From: Deltaproteobacteria bacterium
GTDB taxonomy: Bacteria; Myxococcota; JACRCW01
Assembly (NCBI GenBank): GCA_016218805.1
Contig: JACRCW010000091.1
Coordinates: 1-36,860 of the forward strand
Direction: 5' to 3'
DNA length: 36,860 nt
This document shows, piece after piece, positions 28,686 through 36,802 of this stretch. The first letter of the stretch is position 1. Every line of letters begins with the position of its first letter. A program made the translations under genes and the position numbers. The notes below the pieces were generated by a model. That model searched no databases, was not told the DNA's origin, and was given only the letters and a program-made list of their open reading frames with translations.

Positions 28686-28901
28686 TCACTCCACCTCCGG
28701 CTCCGCCGGCGGAGGCGCCTCAAAACCGGTACGGTTGTGCGATCCGTCGCACAGCGGGCGCACGCGCGTTGCGCCGCACCGGCACAGCAGCACGCGCTGG
28801 CGGCCCGCTGTCTCCACCGGCCGCCCATCCAGATCAACCAGGTCAATGTCGCCCTCAACCACCAGGGGGCCCCGTGCCCGGGGCGAAATGCGGACTTTCA
28901 C
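28686..28901 (-). CDS. CDGSH iron-sulfur domain protein
   Basis: GPLVVEG...LCRCGATRVRPLCDGSH; GTG start overlaps the upstream TGA. Confidence 0.92.
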   Translation of the reverse strand: MKVRISPRARGPLVVEGDIDLVDLDGRPVETAGRQRVLLCRCGATRVRPLCDGSHNRTGFEAPPPAEPEVE

Positions 28902-29506
28902 CGCGGCACCTCCACACCCGGCGGGGCGGACGCGCCCTGCGCCACACAACCGGCGCAAACGGACCGGCCGGTCCGCACGTGGTAGCGGACGCGCGCGCCG
29001 GGCGGGACCTCGCTGCCACACGCATCACAGAGCATTCCCACCGTCACGTCCACGTCGTCGTAGCCCTCCAGCGGAAGTTCCACGCCACCCAGCTTGCGCG
29101 GCCGCGGCGCCGCCTTCACGATCTGTTTGCGGAACACTTCCTCGGTGGCGCGCCAGCGCCGCACCAGGTGGTCCGCCAGGCCGTGCCGCCGCAGGCACTG
29201 CTCCATGAGCGCCTCGCGGTGGTCAAACAACTCGTCAGAGATCACCATCCAGTGATGCGCGTTGCGCGGGCGGTCACCGAAGTAACACTTCTCCCCGGAG
29301 AAGATCTGCTTGAGAAACGAGTACTGCTTCTCCACGGCGCGTTGCCGGGTCACGCCCTCAAAAAAGTGCGCCAGGCGCGGGTCCGCGTACACGCGCTCAT
29401 AGAAATCCCGCAGGATACGGCCCAGCAGGTCGTTCTCGGCGAGCGCAGCCCACAGCTCGGGGTCGGGCGCCAGGTCTCCGCGCCGCCGCCGGTGTTCGCC
29501 GCTCAT
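28898..29506 (-). CDS. Truncated (2/2, group I-like) globin with C-terminal CxxC...CxxC ribbon
   Basis: DFYERVYADPRLAHFFEG, KQYSFL, YFG...RNAH..M.IS...FD globin pattern; then CDAC-x20-CAGC. Confidence 0.85.
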   Translation of the reverse strand: MSGEHRRRRGDLAPDPELWAALAENDLLGRILRDFYERVYADPRLAHFFEGVTRQRAVEKQYSFLKQIFSGEKCYFGDRPRNAHHWMVISDELFDHREALMEQCLRRHGLADHLVRRWRATEEVFRKQIVKAAPRPRKLGGVELPLEGYDDVDVTVGMLCDACGSEVPPGARVRYHVRTGRSVCAGCVAQGASAPPGVEVPR

Positions 29507-30156
29507 GCGTCAAACTCCTCGGGGTATGCGGCGGGATCAAACCCGTGCTTTCGCAGCGGCTCAACCACGCGGTGCCGCGTGATGCGCGCGTTGGACAGGA
29601 TGAACGCCCGCACGACGTGGTCACGCTCCACGCGGTGCCCACCGCGGCTGCGGGAGACGTGCTCCGCATTGCGGACCACCTTGCGGCGGGCCAGCGCGCG
29701 GAACAGCGCCGGCACGCTCTGCAACATGCTCTTGAGCAGCGCCTCCGCGTCCGGCTGCCATCCCATCTCCACCGGCAGCTCCGGCACAAACCCGTACTCG
29801 TCCTCGGAGAGATCCCGCTGGAGCGTCACCGTGTTCCCGTCCGGGTCCGCCACAGACGCCAGCAGTTCCAGCGCCGGGGTCCGCATGGGTTCCGCCAGTG
29901 AGCGCGCTCCATGCTCCAACAGGAAGCGGTAGGCCGCCTCCACCTCGCGCACGCCAACACGCACAGCCGCCCGCCGGTCCGGCTGCGTCACCTCCACCAG
30001 TCGCAGCACCACGCTGCCCGTGTCCACGTCGACAAAACCGTCCCCGTGACGCGTGACCGGGAAGCCCAGTGCATCTGAGTAGAACGCGCGCGCGCGGCCC
30101 AGGTCACGCGTGGGCACATCCACGTGTGTCACCCCATAAAAGCTCGGCTTGGCCAT
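29503..30156 (-). CDS. VOC/glyoxalase domain fused to DUF2621/PCP_red-like helical domain
   Basis: HVDVPTRDLGRARAFYSDALGF...DPDGN (VOC); WQPDAEALL...VPALFRALARRKV...VVRAFI (DUF2621/PCP_red-like). Confidence 0.82.
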   Translation of the reverse strand: MAKPSFYGVTHVDVPTRDLGRARAFYSDALGFPVTRHGDGFVDVDTGSVVLRLVEVTQPDRRAAVRVGVREVEAAYRFLLEHGARSLAEPMRTPALELLASVADPDGNTVTLQRDLSEDEYGFVPELPVEMGWQPDAEALLKSMLQSVPALFRALARRKVVRNAEHVSRSRGGHRVERDHVVRAFILSNARITRHRVVEPLRKHGFDPAAYPEEFDA

Positions 30157-30168
30157 GCTGCGCATGCC

Positions 30169-30184
30169 TGCACCTGCTGTGCCC
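30169..30184 (-). promoter_or_regulatory. Candidate sigma54 promoter of VOC/globin/CDGSH operon
   Basis: Minus strand GGGCACAGCAGGTGCA, GG-N10-GC. Confidence 0.55.
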
Positions 30185-30222
30185 GCCCCAGGACTGCCGT
30201 GCCGGCCCCGCGTGGCCGTCTG

Positions 30223-30262
30223 CGTCTCGCGGGCGAGACAATCCCGTCCCGTGACTGACACG
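30223..30262. promoter_or_regulatory. Tandem candidate EBP binding sites
   Basis: CGTCTCG-CGGG-CGAGACA (30223-30240) and CGTCCCG-TGAC-TGACACG (30245-30262), directly upstream of the second EBP gene. Confidence 0.62.
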
Positions 30263-30492
30263 CACCACGCCACCGCTGCGCGCGCCAGCGGCGCACGGGG
30301 CGCACCACGACGACGTTGTGCCCCACGGCCGCGCACCGGTGGCGCTCCCGTCCGGCAAGAAGCGCCCGCCGCCTGAGGCCCAAGCGCGGCCGCCACCGCA
30401 ACCGGGCTTGCGGCAAACGCGGCATTGAGCGAGAAGTCACGGTCCACACGTCCGTTCCCGTGCCGGTCGCGCCCGGCTCTTCGAGGGTACTT

Positions 30493-31974
30493 GTGATTGA
30501 AACCCGGCCAGGCCCCGCGTGGGTCACCAGCGAAAGCGCCGCCGCGCTGAACGCGGCGTGCATCCTGGTTGTGGAGGATGACCCGGTCCAGCGGGACCTG
30601 CTGTCAGACACCTTGCGCGCCGCCGGGTGCGAGGTGGCAACCGCCGCCGACACCGCCCAGGCGGAGGCGCAGCTGCTGGGGGACGAGGCTGCCGGCCCGT
30701 TTGACGCGGTGCTGCTGGACATCATGTTGCCGCGTGAGAGCGGACTGGACCTGCTGGTCCGCCTGCATGCTGCATTGCCCGCGTTGCCCGTGGTCATGCT
30801 GACGGCGCGGGACACCGCCGCTGACGCGGTGTTTGCACTCCGCCATGGAGCGTTTGATTTCCTGGTGAAACCGGCGCGCCAGGAGGAGCTGCTGTTGGTG
30901 CTCCGCAACGCCGTGGAGAAAGCCCGGATGGCGCGGGAACTGGAGGCGCGCCGCGCGCTGACCGGTCCCGTGGTGGAAGAAGGCGAGTTTGTCTTTGCCG
31001 GCCCCGCCATGCGCGGCGTGCTGGCCACGCTGGACCTGGTGGCCGCGTCCAGCGCGCCGGTCCTGCTGCTCGGGGAGAGCGGCACTGGCAAGGACGTGGC
31101 GGCACGCGTGCTGCACCGGCGGAGTCCCCGCCGGAACAAGCCGTTTGTCGCCGTCAACTGCGCTGCCCTGCCGCGTGAGCTGGCGGAGAGTGAATTGTTC
31201 GGCCACCAGCGCGGCGCGTTCACGGGCGCCACCGCGCAACGCGCCGGCCGGTTTGAGGAGGCAGACGGTGGCACGCTGTTTCTTGACGAGGTGGCCGAGC
31301 TGGACCCGCTGATCCAGGCCAAGCTGCTGCGCGTCCTCCAGGAGCGCGAGGTGACGCGCGTCGGCGGTCCCACGGTGCGGGTGGACGTCCGCGTGGTCGC
31401 CGCCACCAACCGTGACCTCATGGCGGAGGTGCGGGCCAACCGGTTCCGCGAGGACCTCTACTACCGCCTTGAGGTCATCAGCCTCCGCATGCCGCCGCTG
31501 CGCGAGCGCGTGGAGGAGATTCCGCTGCTGGCCACCAAGCTGCTGGAGCGCATGGCGGTGCAGGAGCACCAGGCCGCGCGGCACTTGTTGCCGGACGCGG
31601 TGGCGGCCCTGCAGGCGCAACCCTGGCCGGGCAACGTACGCGAACTGGAGAACCTGCTGCGGCGCACCACGCTGTTGCGTCCCGGCGCCAGCATCTCCGC
31701 GGCGGACCTGGCGTGGCCCGCTCCGGGCGCGCCCGGCGCCCGCGCGGTTGACGCCGCCCCGCCCTCCGCGCCCGCCGCTGAGACGGCGCCCGCGGCGGCG
31801 TCCACCCCGCCGCGTGAAGCGTCGCTTTCCTCCGCCGTGGAGGAGCGCGAAGCGGAGGTCATGCTGCAGGCCCTGGCGGACGCGCATGGCAACGTCACCC
31901 AGGCTGCCGCCATGCTGGGAATTGGCCGCGCCACGTTCTACCGCAAGGCCCGGCGCTACCAGCTGCGCTTCTGA
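30493..31974 (+). CDS. NtrC-type sigma54 response regulator (REC-AAA+-HTH)
   Basis: Intact REC (VVEDD, LLDIMLP, MLTA, LVKP); GESGTGKD, GAFTGA, FLDEVAE, FREDLYYRL, HTH GIGRATFYRK. GTG start chosen from a GAGGG RBS (uncertain). Confidence 0.94.
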   Translation: MIETRPGPAWVTSESAAALNAACILVVEDDPVQRDLLSDTLRAAGCEVATAADTAQAEAQLLGDEAAGPFDAVLLDIMLPRESGLDLLVRLHAALPALPVVMLTARDTAADAVFALRHGAFDFLVKPARQEELLLVLRNAVEKARMARELEARRALTGPVVEEGEFVFAGPAMRGVLATLDLVAASSAPVLLLGESGTGKDVAARVLHRRSPRRNKPFVAVNCAALPRELAESELFGHQRGAFTGATAQRAGRFEEADGGTLFLDEVAELDPLIQAKLLRVLQEREVTRVGGPTVRVDVRVVAATNRDLMAEVRANRFREDLYYRLEVISLRMPPLRERVEEIPLLATKLLERMAVQEHQAARHLLPDAVAALQAQPWPGNVRELENLLRRTTLLRPGASISAADLAWPAPGAPGARAVDAAPPSAPAAETAPAAASTPPREASLSSAVEEREAEVMLQALADAHGNVTQAAAMLGIGRATFYRKARRYQLRF

Positions 31975-32129
31975 CCGCCCGGCCGTGGACAACACCGGGA
32001 AATGACCCACATTCCCGCTGGGCGAAATGACGCGATTCGTCATTGACGCGACCGGATGCAACGGCCCCTTTGCCCGTGCTACGCGCTTGTCTTGCAGCAC
32101 CCGGACACCGGTCCACCAGGGAGGAACCC

Positions 32130-32966
32130 ATGCAACGTGTTGTGGTCGTCGTCATCGCGCTGGCGCTGTCGTCCCATTCGGTGCGGGCGGAGGAGGCCCA
32201 GGAACCCGCCGTCAAACTTGCCAAGGGGCCGCTCTCCGGGGCGCTGGGTGACATCGCCACCATCAAGGTCCCCGAAGGCTACCGCTTCGCCGGCAAGTCG
32301 CAGATGGCGATGGTCAACAAGCTCACCGGCAACCTGGACAACCCGGATGATATCGGGGCGATCTTTGGCGAGGGATGGGTGGTGTTCTTCAATTGGCAGG
32401 ACATTGGCTACGTGAAGGACGACGACAAGGGCGCGCTGGATGCAGACAAGCTGATGGAGTCGTTCAAGGACCGGGAGGAACCCGCCAACGACGCGCGGCG
32501 GGAACAGGGGCTGGAGCCCATGTTCATCGTCGGCTGGCACACCCGGCCGCACTACGACACCCGCACCAACAACCTCACCTGGGCCATTGCGCAGGAAATC
32601 GGCGAGAAACGCGAGGACAAGAACCTCAACCATGAGGTCCGCCTGCTGGGGCGCCGCGGCGTGGTATCCGCCACGCTGGCCGCCGGCCCGGAACGGCTGG
32701 ATTCCGCCATCAAGGAATTGGACGGGCTGCTGGCAGGTTTCACGTTCAACAGCGGCAGCACGTACGGGGAGTACCGCCAGGGTGACAAGCTGGCGACGTA
32801 CGGACTGGCCGGGCTGGTCCTGGGCGGCGGCGCGGTGCTGGCCGCCAAGAGCGGGCTGTTGGCGAAGCTGGGTAAGTTCATCAAAGTCATCGTGCTCGGT
32901 GTGGCGGCCCTGGTGGGAGGCATTGTCAAGATGTTCTCCGGCAAGAAGGATGAGCCCAAGACCTGA
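32130..32966 (+). CDS. DUF2167-family membrane-anchored protein
   Basis: Signal peptide; IGYVKDDD, GWHTRPHYD...LTW, NHEVRLLGRRG, GDKLATYGLAGLVLGG; C-terminal TM. Confidence 0.9.
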   Translation: MQRVVVVVIALALSSHSVRAEEAQEPAVKLAKGPLSGALGDIATIKVPEGYRFAGKSQMAMVNKLTGNLDNPDDIGAIFGEGWVVFFNWQDIGYVKDDDKGALDADKLMESFKDREEPANDARREQGLEPMFIVGWHTRPHYDTRTNNLTWAIAQEIGEKREDKNLNHEVRLLGRRGVVSATLAAGPERLDSAIKELDGLLAGFTFNSGSTYGEYRQGDKLATYGLAGLVLGGGAVLAAKSGLLAKLGKFIKVIVLGVAALVGGIVKMFSGKKDEPKT

Positions 32967-32987
32967 GCGCAGCGCGGCGCGCGTCCC

Positions 32988-34073
32988 ATGATCGAATCGC
33001 TCGTCGCGGTGCTTGTCATCCTCTACCTGGTGGAGCTGTGCTTCGCGCTGCCTCCCCACGCCATTGTGTTCAGCCGCCCGGGCTGGGGCCGGTTCTCCGT
33101 CGCCACTGCCGCCGAGCGCGGGCTGGAGATCCGCGGGCGCACGCGGTTGGTCCTGGCTCCACCCCTGCCGCTGGGCTGCATCCTCGTCACGGAAGTGCCG
33201 CCGCTGCATGCTGCGCCTGACGGGCTTGTGCCCAGCGCGGCGTTCGCCTGGCTGCCGTTGCCGCCGCCGGCCACCGCGGCCGCCGTGCCCTATTCGCAGG
33301 TGTCACTGCGGCGTGTCGGCACCACCCTGCTGCTGGCCGGCGGGACGCGCACCCGCTGGGCAAGCGAACCCGCGGCGACCCTTGCCGCCGACGCGCCCAA
33401 CGCGGTTGCCGGTGGGACCGAGCGCGCGTGGCAGCGTTGGCTGCAGGAGAACGTGGCGCGCTCCGACGAAGGCGCGATCCGTACCCGCGTGGGGGACTTC
33501 AGGCGGGCAACCCTTCCATTGCGCGTGTTGTGCACGCTGTTGTTCGCGTTCCTATTTGGTGTGATTCCCGTGACTGCGCTGCTGCACCTCCCGTGGAGCG
33601 CCTGGCACCTCGTCGCGTACGTCGCGCTGCTCGGCGGCATTCAGGTCTTTGCCTGGCGGGTGGGCTCGCGCTTCTACCCGGCGGACCGTGCCAAGCGCTG
33701 GACCCGCGTGTTCACCATGCTGGTGAGCCCGGCGGAACTCATGTGCGTCCCCCACGCACTCAGCCGCGACCTCCTCGCCGGCCATGATCCGCTGGCCGTT
33801 GCCGGCGTGCTGCTGGATGGGCCGCGCTTTGCGGACGCGGCAGCCCGCGCGCTGCGCGGTGCGCATTTCGGGACCAGGCTGCCGGTCGCGGACCGTGAAC
33901 GGCTTGAGGGAATCGTGCGGCGGCACGGCCTCGCAGCGGCGGAGTTGGTTGCCGCTCCCACTCAGGAGGCCGGTTCCCGCGTCTACTGCCCGCGGTGCCA
34001 TGAGCAACTCACCCTGGTGACGGCGGAGTGCCGCAATTGTGCCGGCGTGCCCATGGTGGAATTCCGCGCGTGA
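32988..34073 (+). CDS. Uncharacterised membrane protein with C-terminal zinc ribbon
   Basis: N-terminal and two central hydrophobic helices; YCPRC-x10-CRNC at the end. Confidence 0.78.
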   Translation: MIESLVAVLVILYLVELCFALPPHAIVFSRPGWGRFSVATAAERGLEIRGRTRLVLAPPLPLGCILVTEVPPLHAAPDGLVPSAAFAWLPLPPPATAAAVPYSQVSLRRVGTTLLLAGGTRTRWASEPAATLAADAPNAVAGGTERAWQRWLQENVARSDEGAIRTRVGDFRRATLPLRVLCTLLFAFLFGVIPVTALLHLPWSAWHLVAYVALLGGIQVFAWRVGSRFYPADRAKRWTRVFTMLVSPAELMCVPHALSRDLLAGHDPLAVAGVLLDGPRFADAAARALRGAHFGTRLPVADRERLEGIVRRHGLAAAELVAAPTQEAGSRVYCPRCHEQLTLVTAECRNCAGVPMVEFRA

Positions 34074-34177
34074 CCCGTCCTACCAGCGCGCTGCCCGCCG
34101 CTCAGTACATCCCGGAGGCCGCTTCGCAGGTTCGTCACACAAGCCTGGAGCCGCGGCCGTGGAGAGCCCTGGCGCGA

Positions 34178-34204
34178 TGTCGATCCTGCCGGTTCCCATT
34201 CGTC
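34178..34204 (+). promoter_or_regulatory. ECF42-type promoter (TGTCGA -35, CGTC -10)
   Basis: TGTCGA-N17-CGTC upstream of the YciI/DGPF gene; matches the known ECF42 target motif. Confidence 0.78.
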
Positions 34205-34253
34205 GCCAGATCAATGGGAAGGCACTCAAGCCCCCACTTCAAGGAGCAAAGCG

Positions 34254-34688
34254 ATGCGAGTCATGGTGATGATCAAGGCGACGAAGAACTCCGAGAACGG
34301 CGTCCTGCCCGACGAGAAACTGCTGGCCGCCATGGGCAAGTACAACGAGGAACTGGTGCAGGCGGGGATCATGCTCGCGGGCGATGGATTGCATCCCAGC
34401 CGCAAGGGCAAGCGGGTGCGTTTCGCCGGCGGGCGGCGGACGGTGATTGACGGTCCGTTCGCCGAGACCAAGGAACTGGTCGCCGGCTTCTGGATCTGGC
34501 AGGTGAAGTCACTGGAGGAGGCTGTGGAGTGGGTGCGGCGCTGCCCGGATCCCATGCCCGGCGAGGAATCGGAGATTGAGATTCGGCCAGTGTTTGAATC
34601 GGAGGAATTCGGGGCCGAGTTCACGCCGGAGCTGCGCGCGCAGGAGGAGCGCCTGCGGGCGGAAGTTGCACGGCAGGCGCGGAGCTAG
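34254..34688 (+). CDS. YciI family (DGPF) protein
   Basis: IDGPFAETKELVAGFW, EIEIRP. Confidence 0.95.
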   Translation: MRVMVMIKATKNSENGVLPDEKLLAAMGKYNEELVQAGIMLAGDGLHPSRKGKRVRFAGGRRTVIDGPFAETKELVAGFWIWQVKSLEEAVEWVRRCPDPMPGEESEIEIRPVFESEEFGAEFTPELRAQEERLRAEVARQARS

Positions 34689-34701
34689 GGTTCCGACGAC
34701 A

Positions 34702-35964
34702 ATGCCCGTGTTCTCAGACGCAGCGCACCGGGCCATCGATGCTGTCTGGCGCATCGAATCTGCCCGGCTCATCGGCGGCCTGGTGCGCCTGGTCAGGGAC
34801 GTGGGGCTGGCGGAGGACCTTGCACATGACGCGTTGGTGACCGCCATGGAGCGCTGGCCGGCAACTGGAATTCCAGACAATCCTGGCGCGTGGCTGATGA
34901 CAACCGCAAAGCACCGGGCAATTGACCTGCTGCGGCGGGAGCAGCGCGTTGAGCGCGTGATGGAATCGCCCGAGACCGGCCCCCTTGCCAGGCTCTCGGT
35001 GGCGCCGGATTTTGAGACCGCGGCGGACATCCCGGTCCGTGACGACCTGCTGCGCCTCGTATTCATCGCCTGCCACCCCGTCCTCTCGCCGGACGCCCGC
35101 GTGGCGCTCACCCTGCGGTTGATCGGCGGGCTGACCACGGAGGAAATCTCGCGCGCGTTCCTGACGCCGGCGCCAACCCTGGCGCAGCGGATTGTCCGGG
35201 CAAAACGCACCCTATCTGAGGCCCGCGTCCCGTTCGAAGTGCCGCAGGGTGCTGAACTGTCCGCGCGGCTGCCGTCAGTCCTTGAGGTCATCTACCTGAT
35301 ATTCAATGAGGGCTATGCGGCCACCGAGGGAAATGACTGGATTCGCCCGGAGTTGTGCGAAGACGCCATGCGCCTGGGGCGGATCCTTGCGGGCCTGGTC
35401 CCGCGGGAGGCGGAGGTGCACGGGCTGGTGGCGTTGATGGAGTTGCACGCGTCCCGGTCACGGGCCCGCGTGGGGCCCGCCGGGGAGCCGGTCCTCCTCC
35501 TGGAACAGGACCGTTCACGCTGGGACCGGTTGCTGCTGGGCCGCGGCTTGGCCGCGCTGGCGCGCGCCGAAGCGCTGGCCAGTCCCCTGGGCCCCTATGC
35601 GCTGCAGGCGGCGATTGCCGGGTGCCATGCCCGCGCGCGCACCGCCGCGGAGACGGATTGGAACCGCATTGTCGCACTGTATGACGCGCTGGTTGAGCTC
35701 ACCGGCTCATCCGTGGTGGAGCTGAACCGCGCGGTGGCGGTGTCCATGGCGTTTGGCCCGGAGGCTGGGTTGGTGCTTGTTGAAGAACTTACCCGGGACC
35801 CTGCCCTGCGCGGCTATCACCTGCTGCCTGCCGTTCACGGGGATTTGCTGATGAAGTTGGGGCGGACGGACGAGGCGCGGACGCTGTTTGAACAAGCGGC
35901 ATTCCTGGTGAAGAACTCGCGCGAGCGCGCGCTGCTGTTGGCCAGGGCCCGCGCCGCATCCTGA
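34702..35964 (+). CDS. ECF sigma factor with C-terminal TPR extension (ECF42 type)
   Basis: Region 2 (AEDLAHDAL...PGAWL); DDLLRLVFIACHP; region 4 (GGLTTEEISRAFL...QRIVRAKRTL); YLIFNEGY; YALQAAIAGCH; adjacent to a DGPF gene. Confidence 0.95.
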   Translation: MPVFSDAAHRAIDAVWRIESARLIGGLVRLVRDVGLAEDLAHDALVTAMERWPATGIPDNPGAWLMTTAKHRAIDLLRREQRVERVMESPETGPLARLSVAPDFETAADIPVRDDLLRLVFIACHPVLSPDARVALTLRLIGGLTTEEISRAFLTPAPTLAQRIVRAKRTLSEARVPFEVPQGAELSARLPSVLEVIYLIFNEGYAATEGNDWIRPELCEDAMRLGRILAGLVPREAEVHGLVALMELHASRSRARVGPAGEPVLLLEQDRSRWDRLLLGRGLAALARAEALASPLGPYALQAAIAGCHARARTAAETDWNRIVALYDALVELTGSSVVELNRAVAVSMAFGPEAGLVLVEELTRDPALRGYHLLPAVHGDLLMKLGRTDEARTLFEQAAFLVKNSRERALLLARARAAS

Positions 35965-36137
35965 ACCGCCGCGGACCTCCTGCACGGCAGGCCCCCTTGC
36001 CGAGCACGGGTGCAGCGGGCCAACATCAGCCCAGCGGAACCCGCGGAGTCCAGATTGGGCCCTTCCGACGACGATACGCGGCCCACGCGCATCCCGCGCG
36101 ATCCGAGAGCGACCGGGCGCGAGGACCCCCGCTCACC

Positions 36138-36740
36138 ATGGAGCCACGGACTGGGCGGGGCGCGCCTATGACGAAGGCGATCGTGAGGGCGGCGCTGGAA
36201 TGCGCACTTCAGGGAGACCTGGCCCGCGCCGTGGCGACGCTCCGTCAGGCTGACCGCGGGTTTGCATTGAAGCGGCTGAAGCACTTCGCGCGGAGCGCAG
36301 CCCCAGGGTCAGACATGCAGCAGGCGGCCAACCTCCTGCTGGAGGCCCTCAACCAACCGGCACCGGTTCCGCAACCGGAACACTTTCCAACGCCCCGGCC
36401 GTCCTCGGACTCCCGGTCTACGACGGGGGGCCACGAGCCCGTTCGAGTTCTTCGCGAACCCGGCCGTGTCACGCTGGACAACACGATGGAGGTGATTGGC
36501 TGGCTGGCGAATCCGGACTTGCATGAAGTGAACTTGGACGCCATTCAGCTCATCCACATGTACGGCGTTGTTGCGCTGGCCTCACTCGCCCGGAAGGAAC
36601 GGGAATCCGCACTAGCGCTGATGCACAGCCACGGCAGCAGCGCAGCGCGCTTCGCGCACAGTGTCGGGCTGGAGGATGCAGCAGGGAATCGAACGCCCGC
36701 GAGCCCCGGAGAGCCTGGACCGAGGCGGATTCGATCCTGA
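36138..36740 (+). CDS. Hypothetical protein, possibly a 3'-truncated STAS-like-domain protein
   Basis: ORF with visibly more A/T-ending codons; EVNLDAIQLIHMYGVVALASL...ARFAHSVGL resembles a STAS-like segment; ends in a short atypical tail. Start at 36138 or 36168. Confidence 0.5.
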   Translation: MEPRTGRGAPMTKAIVRAALECALQGDLARAVATLRQADRGFALKRLKHFARSAAPGSDMQQAANLLLEALNQPAPVPQPEHFPTPRPSSDSRSTTGGHEPVRVLREPGRVTLDNTMEVIGWLANPDLHEVNLDAIQLIHMYGVVALASLARKERESALALMHSHGSSAARFAHSVGLEDAAGNRTPASPGEPGPRRIRS

Positions 36741-36802
36741 GCAACCGGGTGAGCGAGAAGTTGTGGCGCGGAGCAACGCAGGCCCGTTCCACGACGCGTG
36801 GC

